Below, piece after piece: positions 12,399 to 23,351 of a stretch of DNA of 34,217 nucleotides. The DNA is from Octopus bimaculoides. Its lineage: Eukaryota. The first letter of the stretch is position 1; each line of letters starts with the position of its first letter. The notes below the pieces were generated by a model. That model ran no database searches. It saw only the letters and a list, made by a program, of their open reading frames with translations, and was not told the origin of the DNA. The translations under genes and the position numbers were made by a program. Location of the stretch: the NCBI RefSeq assembly GCF_001194135.2, contig NC_068995.1, positions 9,044,359-9,078,575 on the forward strand, read 5' to 3'.

Positions 12399-12692
12399 CA
12401 GTAGTAGTAGTAGTAGAAGTAGTAGTAGTAGTAGTAGCAGTAGTAGTAGTAGCAGGAGCAGTAGTAGTATTAGTAGTAGTAGTAGTAGCAGTAGTAGTAG
12501 TAGTAGTAGTGGTGGTGATGGTGGTAGTAGTAGTAGTCGTAGTAGCAGTAGTCGTGGTGGTGGTGGTGCTAGTAGTAGTAGGAGGAGGAAGAGTAGTTGC
12601 TGTTCATGATGGTGATGATGATGATGATGATGATGGTGATGATGACGATGATGATGACGATGGTGATGATGATGATGATGATGGTGATGATG
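12303..12692. repeat. 390 bp compound trinucleotide array (TAG/CAG, GGT, GAT)
   Basis: Read directly; source of the poly-V/D and poly-L/H pseudo-ORFs 12221..12700 and 12276..12779. Confidence 0.97.
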
Positions 12693-12810
12693 TCTTTTAG
12701 CCCCTTGTAAGTTCCGACCCCTCAGATTTATGATGAATGACTTGCCATTCGTTACCATACCGTTCTTTTTTATATTCATACATTAAGGTGTAGCATCGTA
12801 TTATTCCAGC
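12693..12810 (-). mobile_element. SINE-like family C 3' fragment (cluster copy 2, most diverged)
   Basis: TTTAGCCCC is the reverse complement of the family C end motif GGGG(T/C)TAAA, directly after the trinucleotide array; weak further similarity to copy 4. Confidence 0.4.
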
Positions 12811-12934
12811 ACATAGTCGTTTTTATTATCATTGTTGCTGTTGTTGCTAGTGGTGGAAGTAGTAGTGTAGGTGGTGGTGGTGTTAATGGTGGCGGTGATG
12901 GTGATGGTGATGGTAATGTAAGTGGTAATAAACA

Positions 12935-13155
12935 TTCAAGCTATAACCACAGGTGCTTTAGCAGTGATAAATCCGTCGTTTAATCAGGCACGGTAGTATC
13001 TAGAGTTAAATAGCCTAATGTGTGTGTATGTATATATGTGTATGGGGGAGGGGGGTGTTTCTGATTCTTCTTTTTGTTATGGTAACATGGTATGTTTTGA
13101 GGGACATTTGACTAATTTTCTTCAAGAAATCGGTCGATTCTACATGAAAAGAAAC
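12935..13155 (-). mobile_element. SINE-like family C copy (cluster copy 3)
   Basis: Block-wise alignment with 12040-12290. Confidence 0.7.
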
Positions 13156-13204
13156 TTCTCATTGTACTTTTCGTTATTGCTGTTTTAGATGTTGCTGTAG
13201 TGGG

Positions 13205-13420
13205 CGTTGTTGTCGCTGTTTATCGCTGACGTCAAGCCTGATCAAGTGGATATATGAGCACCAACTTTCCAGCAGTGACCATCCTGTCGTCTATTCATTC
13301 ATATTCTTTCTAGAGGTACATCGTCCTATGTATTCTATTTATTTAATAGCAGAGAGGGATTTAAGCAAGATTTCGTTGCTATTTCCTGCCTAGCTAGCCA
13401 GCATCTATAGGCTTCCTCAG
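13205..13420 (-). mobile_element. SINE-like family C copy (cluster copy 4)
   Basis: AGCAGTGACCATCCTGTCGT...TCTAGAGGTACATCGTCCTATGT aligns with copies 1 and 3; preceded by a degenerate (GTT)n. Confidence 0.6.
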
Positions 13421-14479
13421 ACTACCTACTTAAAATGGCAGAGAACTTTCTTTACATATTTTAAAATTTACCTTGTGTTGCTTAGTGTTTGTTTTTTTTT
13501 CTTTTCAGTTTGTACGGATTTTTTTAAATTTTTTACCTTACAACTCTATCGAACAAACAAACCCAAGAAACGACATGCAATCCTATCTGATGTTCAACAT
13601 AAGCATAGAGAAAAATATATTTTTTGTACAAATTGCAAAGCACTTTTCAGCCCACCCTAAATGTTATGAGATTTTCAACATGAACAATATAAAAGTTAGT
13701 TACAATTACCAAAACACGCTAGCAACATGTCACACAATTTTTAAACACGTCATATAGCTAGAAACGATGACAGTCTTAATTATAATGGATGGCATCGATG
13801 TTATGTAAATGAAAATTACCTTAAAATATTAAATCTAAAAGCCATCGGTCCTGCGATAAGGATTAATTGGAAAAGATGTGACAAAAGTAATAAGAGGGAT
13901 ACTGCGAATTGCTTAATTTGCAATTTAATCCTTAACTTGAGTGGCATCAGTGTTGAAGCAGTTAGTAAGGATGTAAATAATGTATTATAACAACATAGAA
14001 TAGCAACCCAAAATCTGTCTTAAACTAGGGAAAGTAGAAGACCTTGGATCGTGAAGTTTTAGAAACAATAAACTGAATATAAAATGGGACGGTCATAACT
14101 GAAATGCTGCTGAGCAAACAATACCGAATTCAACGAAATCGTGTCATCCGTTACACTTAAAAACCACACCTTTCTTCCGCCGCCATTTTAGTTTTACAGT
14201 AGCGTACCACTAATTTTTTTTATCAGACCTTTCCTCACATTTACCATAATGCACCTACCCTCTCCTGTTTTAGTCTACGCTACCCTACTATAATCCTTTC
14301 ATGAAACCACTAACATACATGAATTGTTAGAGAGGAAACGTCTTCACAGACGGTGAATCTGCTGGACGTACCAACGGATTTTGTGCCGAATCTTAATCTG
14401 CGACTTTAAACTGGAAGGACATATTGGATCGCATAAAGTACGTTTGTGAAACATGGCTGTATCTGAGAGTAATAACTGT

Positions 14480-14531
14480 GTTGAGCAGAGTTCTGCTCGA
14501 TAAGAGCCTTCCTGGGGTTAAACAACTACAA
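14480..14531 (+). mobile_element. SINE-like family C 3' end
   Basis: TCTGCTCGATAAGAGCCTTCCTGGGGTTAAACAACTACAAC, similar to 5035-5092. Confidence 0.5.
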
Positions 14532-15167
14532 CCACTGGTAGTTTTGCAAAACTACAAAATCAATTAATTTCCGACTGATTGTCTTCTGTTTATATTCTTA
14601 CATAATTAAGTCTTTGTGTAAGAGGCAAATAAAGGAAGGAGAAAGGAAGAAGAAAAAAGGAAAAGAGAACAGAAAACGGAGGAGAAGTGGAGGGAGATAA
14701 GGAGGAAGGGGGGAGAAAGACGGGAAGAAAAAGAAAGACGGGAAGAAAAAGGGCGATCAGTGCTGTTAACTGTTCTGTTATTTTTAGTTTGACACGTCAC
14801 GTTAATATATAGTTCAGATCGAGTCAGAGACACGCGACTGATAGTGTTTAGAGCAATTGAGTTCTCAATACTTCAGTGTCAGTCAAAGAGGTTGCTGTTG
14901 TTGTTGTGGTGGTGGTTGTGGTGTTGGTGGCGGCGGTACTTTAGGATTTGATTTCAATTCTAGCAATGGTCAGTTTGATGTTTTATTTTCCCAGTGTCGA
15001 TAAAATATGTCGGCCAAACACTATGTCTTTTAAATCGACTATTTCCATCTTCCCACCAAAATTCTTATTTTGTGCCCATGCAAAAAACCATAAAATCAAA
15101 ATAAAATCATCTCTTACTCACCGGACTCTAATCAAAGATATTCATGATTTCACACCTTATCATACTG

Positions 15168-15211
<44 letters not shown>

Positions 15212-15732
15212 NNNNNNNNNNNNNNNNNNNNNNNNNNNNNNNNNNNNNNNNNNNNNNNNNNNNNNNNNNNNNNNNNNNNNNNNNNNNNNNNNNNNNNNNN
15301 NNNNNNNNNNNNNNNNNNNNNNNNNNNNNNNNNNNNNNNNNNNNNNNNNNNNNNNNNNNNNNNNNNNNNNNNNNNNNNNNNNNNNNNNNNNNNNNNNNNN
15401 NNNNNNNNNNNNNNNNNNNNNNNNNNNNNNNNNNNNNNNNNNNNNNNNNNNNNNNNNNNNNNNNNNNNNNNNNNNNNNNNNNNNNNNNNNNNNNNNNNNN
15501 NNNNNNNNNNNNNNNNNNNNNNNNNNNNNNNNNNNNNNNNNNNNNNNNNNNNNNNNNNNNNNNNNNNNNNNNNNNNNNNNNNNNNNNNNNNNNNNNNNNN
15601 NNNNNNNNNNNNNNNNNNNNNNNNNNNNNNNNNNNNNNNNNNNNNNNNNNNNNNNNNNNNNNNNNNNNNNNNNNNNNNNNNNNNNNNNNNNNNNNNNNNN
15701 NNNNNNNNNNNNNNNNNNNNNNNNNAGACGGG

Positions 15733-15817
15733 AAAATGTTGCCAAGAGGAGGTTACAGGATTTGAACCCGTACCGGTTTAGTGTTGTAGCCATTCAGCTA
15801 AACGGCACCCAGACAAC
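15733..15817 (-). ncRNA. Candidate Pol III small RNA, unit 1 (vault-like or tRNA-derived)
   Basis: TATAA 30 nt upstream (15847-15843). A box TAGCTGAATGG (15800-15790). B box GGTTCAAATCC (15768-15758) within an ACGGG/CCTGT T-arm-like hairpin. 5' GTTGTCTGGG pairs with 3' TCTTGGCAAC. TTTT terminator. Confidence 0.35.
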
Positions 15818-15990
15818 AAATAGCACCAAATTTAATGCTACGTTATAGGTCTGGAATGCGACTTTTTAGAAACAAAATTTGGAAGCGACGAATTCGGTGG
15901 GTATTTTGCTGAAAAAGAAGTAAATTTCGAATGCAGTAAACCCGTAACAAGAGCAGAGAATAATTGGGTATTTTACGTTTATAAGACAGC

Positions 15991-16140
15991 AAAAAAAAAA
16001 AAAAAAAAAATTCCCAGAATGTGGATAAGGGACTAGAACCTGTACCCTTCAAATAATTGCTGAGTACTCGGAAACGAGCCACTGAAAACCATTCTATCAA
16101 ATTTAATGTTGTATTATTGCTTTCGAATGCAACATCTTTT
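15991..16140 (-). pseudogene. Diverged third paralogue of the Pol III-type unit
   Basis: Minus strand GCATTCGAAAGCAATAATACAACATTAAATTTG...CGTTT aligns with the upstream flank of units 1 and 2. GGTACAGGTTCTAGTCC matches unit 1 GGTACGGGTTCAAATCC. Ends TGGGAA + T20. A box is degraded. Confidence 0.4.
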
Positions 16141-16312
16141 TCAGGTCTACAAGGGTAAATTGCCCAATCTTCCAATGCTCTGTTTGCAGTTTTACTGCGT
16201 TCAAAATTTACTTGTCCGCAAAATACCAATCATATTCGACGCTTCCAAAATTTCTTTATAAAGTGTTGTCGCATTCAAGAGCTATAATTTAATATTAAAT
16301 TCGGTGGTAATT

Positions 16313-16404
16313 GTTGTCTGGGTACCGTTTAGCTGAATGGTTACAGCACTAAGCCGGTACGGTGCGGGTTCGAGTCATCTAGCCGCCACCTGGCAACTTT
16401 TTTT
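16313..16404 (+). ncRNA. Candidate Pol III small RNA, unit 2 (vault-like or tRNA-derived)
   Basis: TATAA at 16283-16287 (-30). A box TAGCTGAATGG at 16330-16340. B box GGTTCGAGTC at 16367-16376. 5' GTTGTCTGG pairs with 3' CCTGGCAAC. T7 terminator at 16398-16404. Confidence 0.35.
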
Positions 16405-16845
16405 CCGTCATACACAAAACACACTCACACACGCATACATATATGCACATATGGTAAATGTCCTGTTCGCCTGTATACGAATAAGACTTATAAACTGACT
16501 GGATGGGCATTTTTAGAAGGTCTTTCAATATACGTCTGCTCACTCAAAGCCGATACAATACCAAACAGCAACAATATTATCCTGATCACTTAACTAACTA
16601 TATATGAAAATATTTAAAAGTGAAATAAGCGAATCAGTTATTTATATAATATTTAATTAATTCTATTCCTCGCAGCATATGTCAGTACATAGCAATCCTG
16701 GTTTTAACATAGTAGTGTGATCTCAGTGTCCAGATTAGATTAGGTATACACGAACTAGTGTCTCCTTTTAGACAGTAGACACAGAGAAATTAATCAAAAC
16801 CAGCGTTCTTATATTAATACATACAAATCTAATAAACTTACACTT

Positions 16846-16971
16846 GGTGACTTAAACATTTAAAGTTATACGAAATATCTTTGAGGAGTAATATCTCGGT
16901 TTATTAGAGGTTAGTAAATTCTGTAACTCATTATGAATTTTCTGCGAAACGTTCAAAATGGCTGAGTGGTT

Positions 16972-17008
<37 letters not shown>

Positions 17009-17347
17009 CAGATCTTTAACGTCGTTCGAAGGACGGTATGTATTCGCTGTGTTCGAAAACAACACATTTGATTATCACAGTGACTTCATCACTTTAAGTT
17101 ATATGGAATATCTTTGAGGGGAAATATCTTGGTTTATTAGAAGTCAGGAAATACGGTAACTCATTACGGATTTTCTACGGACTCCTTGTGACCTACCTCT
17201 AGATATTCGTATATACTTGCTGTGTTCAAAAAACAACATATTTAATTGTCATGGTAACTTCACCATTTAAAGTTACTAGAATAATTTTGAGAAATATCTC
17301 GGTATATTAGAAGTTAGTAATTTTGTAAATCATTGGGAATTTTCTGT
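16846..17347. repeat. Three diverged direct copies of a 100-135 bp unit
   Basis: AAGTTA, TTTGAG, AATATCT(C/T)GGT(T/A)TATTAGA(G/A)GT and ATTTTCT recur at about 16846-16946, 17046-17180 and 17219-17347. Confidence 0.85.
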
Positions 17348-17719
17348 AAGAATGTAGAACCTTCAAGTGGCTGATGTGACTACCAGAATAATAAACTATT
17401 TCTATATGCTGGTGCCTACTCCTCACTGGTACTGCAAGATTGCTTTTCAAGATATTATTTATAATTATCAAAGACCTTTATACGTGTTTCTGGAGAGATT
17501 ACGTCTTTTCTTTGGTGGCATACTTTTTCAATATTGTAAACAAAACATTATGAACATAGAAAAAATATTCATTAATCTCTATTTTTGTAAGCAATTGTAA
17601 ATATATATTATGTCCGTATTTTTGTATGCTGTGTAAATTTATGAAATATAAGCAAATGAACGAAATAGCAAACGTATGGAACTGCTAATTTAACGGTAAA
17701 TGCCACAATAAAAAAATTA

Positions 17720-18132
17720 AGTCGTCAGGTATGTATTTGTATGTGTAGATGTGTATGCGTGTGTATGTGTGTGTGTGTTTAATAACGTACCGGATATAGT
17801 ATGTCTGTACTTTTGTATGCAGTATAAATTAAGGAAATAGAAGCACTTGTANNNNNNNNNNGTACTTTTGTATGCAGTATAAATTAAGGAAATAGAAGCA
17901 CTTGTACAGAGAGACAAAGAATGTTATATTTTACCTGCCAACCTTGTAACTTCTGCGATAATTATTAATCGATAATGGAAGAGTAAATGTGTATTGTTTT
18001 AAAGGAAATGAAAATAAAATTTCGTACTGACACTTAACGCATGTCAGTCGTCAGGTATGCATGCGTAGATCTGTGAGTGTTTAATAACGTACCGTGATAA
18101 TATGTCTGTATTTTCGTATGCAGTGTAAATTA
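17720..18132. repeat. Diverged direct duplication (17720-17832 vs 18046-18132)
   Basis: GTCGTCAGGTATG, GTAGAT, GTGTTTAATAACGTACCG, TATGTCTGTA, GTATGCAGT and TAAATTAA are shared in the same order. Confidence 0.85.
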
Positions 18133-18289
18133 ATCCCCCCAAAATTGCAGTATCGAAATGTGATTGTTTCAGTTTTGATGCTGAAATAGTGGAAAGGTTT
18201 CATTTTTAAGGTATTTGACATGAGTATTTGTGTTTCACTTTTGATACGTAATACTTAAATAGTGGATGAGATATTATGTTGCAAGAAGT

Positions 18290-18434
18290 TAAAAATTGTT
18301 TTTGACTAAAACACAACCGGGACACTAAGTAAGGCATGTGTAAAATTTGAATGAAATTGGTTGTGTAGTTCTGGAGATTTAGGGATTCACACAGACACAC
18401 AGACATGCATTCTCATTAATTATATATATATAGA
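18290..18434 (-). mobile_element. Probable non-autonomous Helitron/Helentron (DINE-1/HINE-like) 5' end
   Basis: Minus strand starts A|TCTATATATATA then TGTCTGTGTGTCTGTGTG and GAACTACACAACCAATTTCATTCAAATTTTACAC, the layout typical of invertebrate non-autonomous Helitrons (recognised from memory). The 3' CTRR end was not found. Confidence 0.55.
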
Positions 18435-19218
18435 TAATTGGTGGTAGAAACACCGTACTTCGTTCGTTTTTCAACTTTAGTATACTCTCAATTATATTAA
18501 ATGTTTATAAGTCAATATACACATTCACACAGAAAGAGAGCAGGTGAAAGAGAGAAGGCTTTTAATAATTTTCCGTTTGTGTGTGTGTATATATGTATGT
18601 ATTGTGGTAAAATAAATATATAGGTCAATAGGTGATAGATAGATAGATAGATAGATAAACAGACAGATCACAACCAGTAACAAATCCGACAGAGAGAAAG
18701 AAAGAAAGGTTTTGATAACAGACAATTAGTAGCTTGTTTAGATGTAGACTTTGATTTATTATTAAACGAACAGAACAGATAAGCTGATCAGAGGAAAAAT
18801 AAACATGATTTTACAGTCGGTTTCGTTACGAAATTGGTACTGCTTAGTTGCGACAAGAACACTGCAGAAATGTAATGAAGACAGGTTTGAAAGAGATATA
18901 TATAAGTATACTGGACGTGACGAACATGTCCGACGACTACACGTATAAACCACTGTTATATCACTTCCTCCCAATCAAAGATTACATGTTTCATTGGATT
19001 AAGTCGTGGAATTTAATTACTGTTGCATTCGAAAAGACTTTAAAGTCATTAACTTTAGTTCTGGGAGACATTTATTGATGCTGTAACAGTGCGATATTCA
19101 ATCTGGTGGCATGTTAAAGAACAAGCTAGGTGAAAGAGGGGGATATTTGGAAGCGGCAAAGTGTGATTTTCGAGCGATTTTTGTTTAATAATTTCTGTGT
19201 CATGCAGGAGTAGCCATT

Positions 19219-19339
19219 GGAAAAGGAAAACTAAAATGGCGAGATGATCTCACCCGCTACCTGGTGCTTATGTGGCCCCGACTGACCAGGGACACACCGG
19301 TGGAAGGATTTCAGGGAGGGGTTCCTCTTGCAGGAGTGA
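19219..19339 (+). mobile_element. RTE-clade LINE extreme 3' ORF remnant (different subfamily from the 4.1 kb one)
   Basis: KGKLKWRDDLTRYLVLMWPRLTRD, then a frameshift, then HRWKDFREGFLLQE*. Matches the RTE C-terminal RWxDDL..WxRxAxDRxxW..EGF pattern. Confidence 0.7.
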
Positions 19340-19635
19340 AGCTCTGGGTACGGAATTTCTGACAAGACCTACAAATGACCTATCACACACTCTCTCCCAC
19401 CTTCCCCCTCTTTCTCTCCCTCTCTCTCCCTCTCTCTCCCTCTCTCTCTCTCTTTCTCATTCTTCCACTTGCTCTCTGTCTTTCTAACCAACACGTTAAC
19501 ATTACAGCTAATGTCTCACTTCGTACTGTGCAGTTTATCAGTTACAACATATCATTATATATGGAATTAAAGATATATAGTATATCTCTGTCAAATTTTT
19601 AAGGGGTAGAATGGCTAACACACAAGCGCTCAAAT

Positions 19636-19688
<53 letters not shown>

Positions 19689-19921
19689 AGCACACATGCG
19701 CACACATAATTTTTATCTATATGAAATTCACTAGCAGAGTTCACAGACGACAGCTCTTCCGTGGTGTCATTCAGTTCCTCAAAGACACTTGCGGTGATGT
19801 ATCAAGCTCTTGAGTAATAATTCTAAGAATATTCATGAAATGTCTCCAAAGAATTTTTTACGTTTCTTCATTTATATCCAACAAATCTCGGTTAGATTTA
19901 TGTGTGAGTATACACATACAG

Positions 19922-19952
<31 letters not shown>

Positions 19953-20004
19953 TATCCATATATATACATATGTATATAGTTTTTGTCTATATGTGTGTAT
20001 AGGC

Positions 20005-20011
<7 letters not shown>

Positions 20012-20088
<77 letters not shown>
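20012..20088. repeat. (TA)n microsatellite
   Basis: Read directly. Confidence 0.97.
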
Positions 20089-20090
<2 letters not shown>

Positions 20091-20738
20091 TTACATTCTT
20101 GCTCGTACGCCATTTGATCAAAAATTGTTAACGTTTTTTTTTACAATCTATGCGCTTAACAGACATAGATCAAATGTCGACCGAAAATATTTACCAACCG
20201 AAGACTGAAGATGCAGACAATGGATTTTAATATTTAAGAAATATATAATGTCAGACGAAGCATTCAGAATTTCAGGTGACCAATAAATACACGAATAGCG
20301 GCATGGTTAGCACGGTCGATTTGAAGCGATGTGGGTTATTGTTTGTTTGAAAATTAACTGCACCTCGAGCAAATTCCTTGACAATAATTTAGTTAAATGG
20401 AAACTATGCAGAAGCCGATTTTGTTCTATAAGTCCAATTTAAAGAAAAAATAATAACTAGTAGAGACAATCATGAAAGACACGTGACCGACAGGCGCGTT
20501 GTGACATTGGTCTTAGAGCAACGCTTCATCGCGTGAGACGAAAGTTGCGTTGTGAAAGCTAAGGTGTGTTCTTTAAGATGAGGGTGAAAAGACGTTCTGA
20601 AGGGGCCGTGTGGAATGAGAGCAATGGGACAATGATGCTACAATTCGATCCTTGGAAGACCACCATGAGTGAATGTTAGCTCTTACTACTGCATACTTTC
20701 CATTGCTCGGGCCCAAATAGAAGCGTACGTCTTTTACG

Positions 20739-20797
<59 letters not shown>

Positions 20798-20873
20798 GCT
20801 GCTACTGCTTCAGCTACAACTACTGCTGCTACTACAACTACTGCTACTGCTGCTGCTGCTGTTCCTGCTACTG
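20739..20873. repeat. (CTA)n/(CTG)n compound trinucleotide array
   Basis: Read directly. Confidence 0.95.
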
Positions 20874-20950
20874 ATATTACTATTATTATTTGCGCATTTG
20901 AAATTATATCTTCGGCAAGTTAACTTGGGATTTATATATATATATATATA

Positions 20951-21610
20951 TTCTTTTATTCTTTTACGTGTTTCAGTTATCTGGCTGCGTCCATGCTGGA
21001 GCACCGATTTTAGTTGAGCAAATCGACGCCGGACATAGTCTTAATAAGCCTAGTACATATTCAATCGTTCTCTGTTTACGACCGGATAAGCTACAGGGAC
21101 GTAACCACGCCACCATCGGCTGTCAAACGATTGCTAAGTCGAGAACAAACACAGGCACGCAAGCATATATATATATATATATATATANNNNNNNNNNNNN
21201 NNNNNNNNNNNNNNNNNNNNNNNNNNNNNNNNNNNNNNNNNNNNNNNNNNNNNNNNNNNNNNNNNNNNNNNNNNNNNNNNNNNNNNNNNNNNNNNNNNNN
21301 NNNNNNNNNNNNNNNNNNNNNNNNNNNNNNNNNNNNNNNNNNNNNNNNNNNNNNNNNNNNNNNNNNNNNNNNNNNNNNNNNNNNNNNNNNNNNNNNNNNN
21401 NNNNNNNNNNNNNNNNNNNNNNNNNNNNNNNNNNNNNNCATACTTATATATATATACAACGGGCTTCTTGCAATTTCCGTCTACCAAATTTATTCACAAG
21501 GCTCTAGTCGGCCAGAGGCTATAGTAGGAGACATTTTCCCAAGGTGCCGCGCAGTGGGACTGAACCAGGAACCATGCGGTTGGGAAGCAGGCTTCTTATC
21601 ACACAGCCAT
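20951..21610 (-). mobile_element. tRNA-derived SINE, family A, copy 3 (full length, internal microsatellite spans a 251-N gap)
   Basis: Minus-strand head has A-box-like TGGCTGTGTGA and B-box-like GGTTCAGTCCC; body aligns with copies 1, 2 and 5. Confidence 0.92.
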
Positions 21611-22344
21611 TCATACTACTAAGCAATTCGCTTCTGTGTCCCAATGAGACTACAGGCCACTGACTAAAACAAGTATGCGAAAGATCAGAGATAATCGCAT
21701 CACGCTTCTTGGTTTGCATATTTCCTCTGATCCCCAATTAGTAGCAGACGATTTGATACAGCTGAATGGGTGAATCGTTGCCTACAAATCTTCGTGGCCA
21801 CCAGTTGAGGTTGCGCTCCACCTGAATAACATCTTAGGCAAGGGTTTCTACAACATTATGATCAGAGAAACAAAATCCTTTTCAGTGAGGTTTGGCAGAA
21901 GAAAATGGCGTTAAACAAGTCTGTCAAGTACAAATAAAAGCGACCGCAAAATGTACTTCAATTGCGGTGTGTAATTCGGTCAGAATAAAACTTCCGTATA
22001 ATTATATTTCATCTTTAAGAAGATCGCTGAACTAGTAGCAGATAAATGTATGTTACTCCATATAAACCACTGAAATCTAGAATTTTAAAATCCCTAAAGA
22101 AACACTGACCGCAATCCGATAACTGAAAAAGGAAATGCATCAAAATTATATCGCTATGTGACTAATTATTCCAATTGTGAAGAAGATAATTAACCCCAGG
22201 AGTATAAACTAATTATAAACTAACGGCAATGACTTTTTTTTTTTTACAAATAGAGTCGATCATAAAACCTGTCATCTCAGCACTATCCTGAAACATAACC
22301 TGAAATATATATATGTGAGTGTGTTTGTATATGTCTATCAATCA

Positions 22345-22365
22345 ATCTATCTATCTATCTATCTA

Positions 22366-22430
<65 letters not shown>
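22345..22430. repeat. (ATCT)n-(AT)n compound microsatellite
   Basis: Read directly. Confidence 0.95.
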
Positions 22431-22438
<8 letters not shown>

Positions 22439-23311
22439 ATTAAGTATCCATCTGTATAAATGTAAGTACGCAATTGTGTGAGTGTATATATATGTGTTCA
22501 CACACACTCAGAAACACACACATACATATATGTATAGATGGATTCAAGTATATGAATATACATGCGTGTATGTATATATTAGTATGTATGCATGTGTGTG
22601 AAATGCTTGTGTGCTTCTGTGTGTGAGTATATATGTATATGTGCATTTGCGTGTGTGTGTATGTGTGTGTCTTTGTGTGTGTGTATGTATGTGTGTAAAT
22701 AGGATAGGTAATTTAGTATTTCATACAGCCAGCTTCATTACTCGAATTGGAGATTCTTGATTGCCAACGGCAACGCTTCAACGACGAAGTTTCGTCAAAT
22801 ATTAAATCGACTCAAACACGCACAAATACAAGCACACAAACACACAAACACACACAGGCACACAAACATAAATATGCAACACACACATTTATAGATATAA
22901 ACATACACGCAAACACACAAGCATAATATATAACAGCGAACCACAAATATACACGGATACATTCACAGATATATTTGTTTTACGTTATGTTATTGGACAC
23001 ATTAGAAGAAAATTCTAGACTGTGAATTTAAACTAAATCTAGAAAAAAATATAAAATGATTTGCTGCCATCAATAGATCTCATCAGTGATTACGAAAGCT
23101 GTACCTAGAGTCCAAGTGAGGAATCGTAATCTTTGGTAGAGCTTTAGAAGAAGAAATATTAAATACAAGAAATTCTTGTGATCACATGTTGTTCGTTCGT
23201 ATTTTTACAAATTCTTAGATAATTTATGGCTTCTGTTTATGTTCGCGAATTAATTTTTTATTTGGTGGCCCATCTGTGTCGAATCTTGTTTCTCGTAAGT
23301 TAAACAGTTAC

Positions 23312-23351
<40 letters not shown>

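Larger units (their letters stand above)
15727..16409. repeat. Imperfect inverted repeat, arms 15727-15976 and 16155-16409, spacer about 178 bp
   Basis: The left arm aligns with the reverse complement of the right arm along its whole length (e.g. CCATTCAGCTAAACGG(C/T)ACCCAGACAACAA, TTTGGAAGCG(A/T)CGAAT, GCAGTAAA); roughly three quarters identical by eye. Confidence 0.92.

Noticed and set aside
12221-12779. Poly-V/D and poly-L/H ORFs of 159-167 aa
   Set aside because: Products of the compound trinucleotide array on both strands.
15733-16404. Canonical tRNA genes
   Set aside because: No anticodon arm or 7 bp acceptor stem, and the A-B distance is too short; kept only as ncRNA candidates.
16846-17347. 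CRISPR-like repeat-spacer arrangement
   Set aside because: The repeats are long, diverged and irregularly spaced; there are no cas genes and the context is eukaryotic.
17807-17906. Exact 45 bp direct repeat
   Set aside because: The identical copies flank a 10-N placeholder gap, typical of unmerged overlapping contig ends; assembly artefact.
21785-21915. LRGHQLRL...SFSVRF..KW resembling a CR1-clade C-terminus
   Set aside because: Motif spacing is too long and interrupted by stops; similarity too weak to call.
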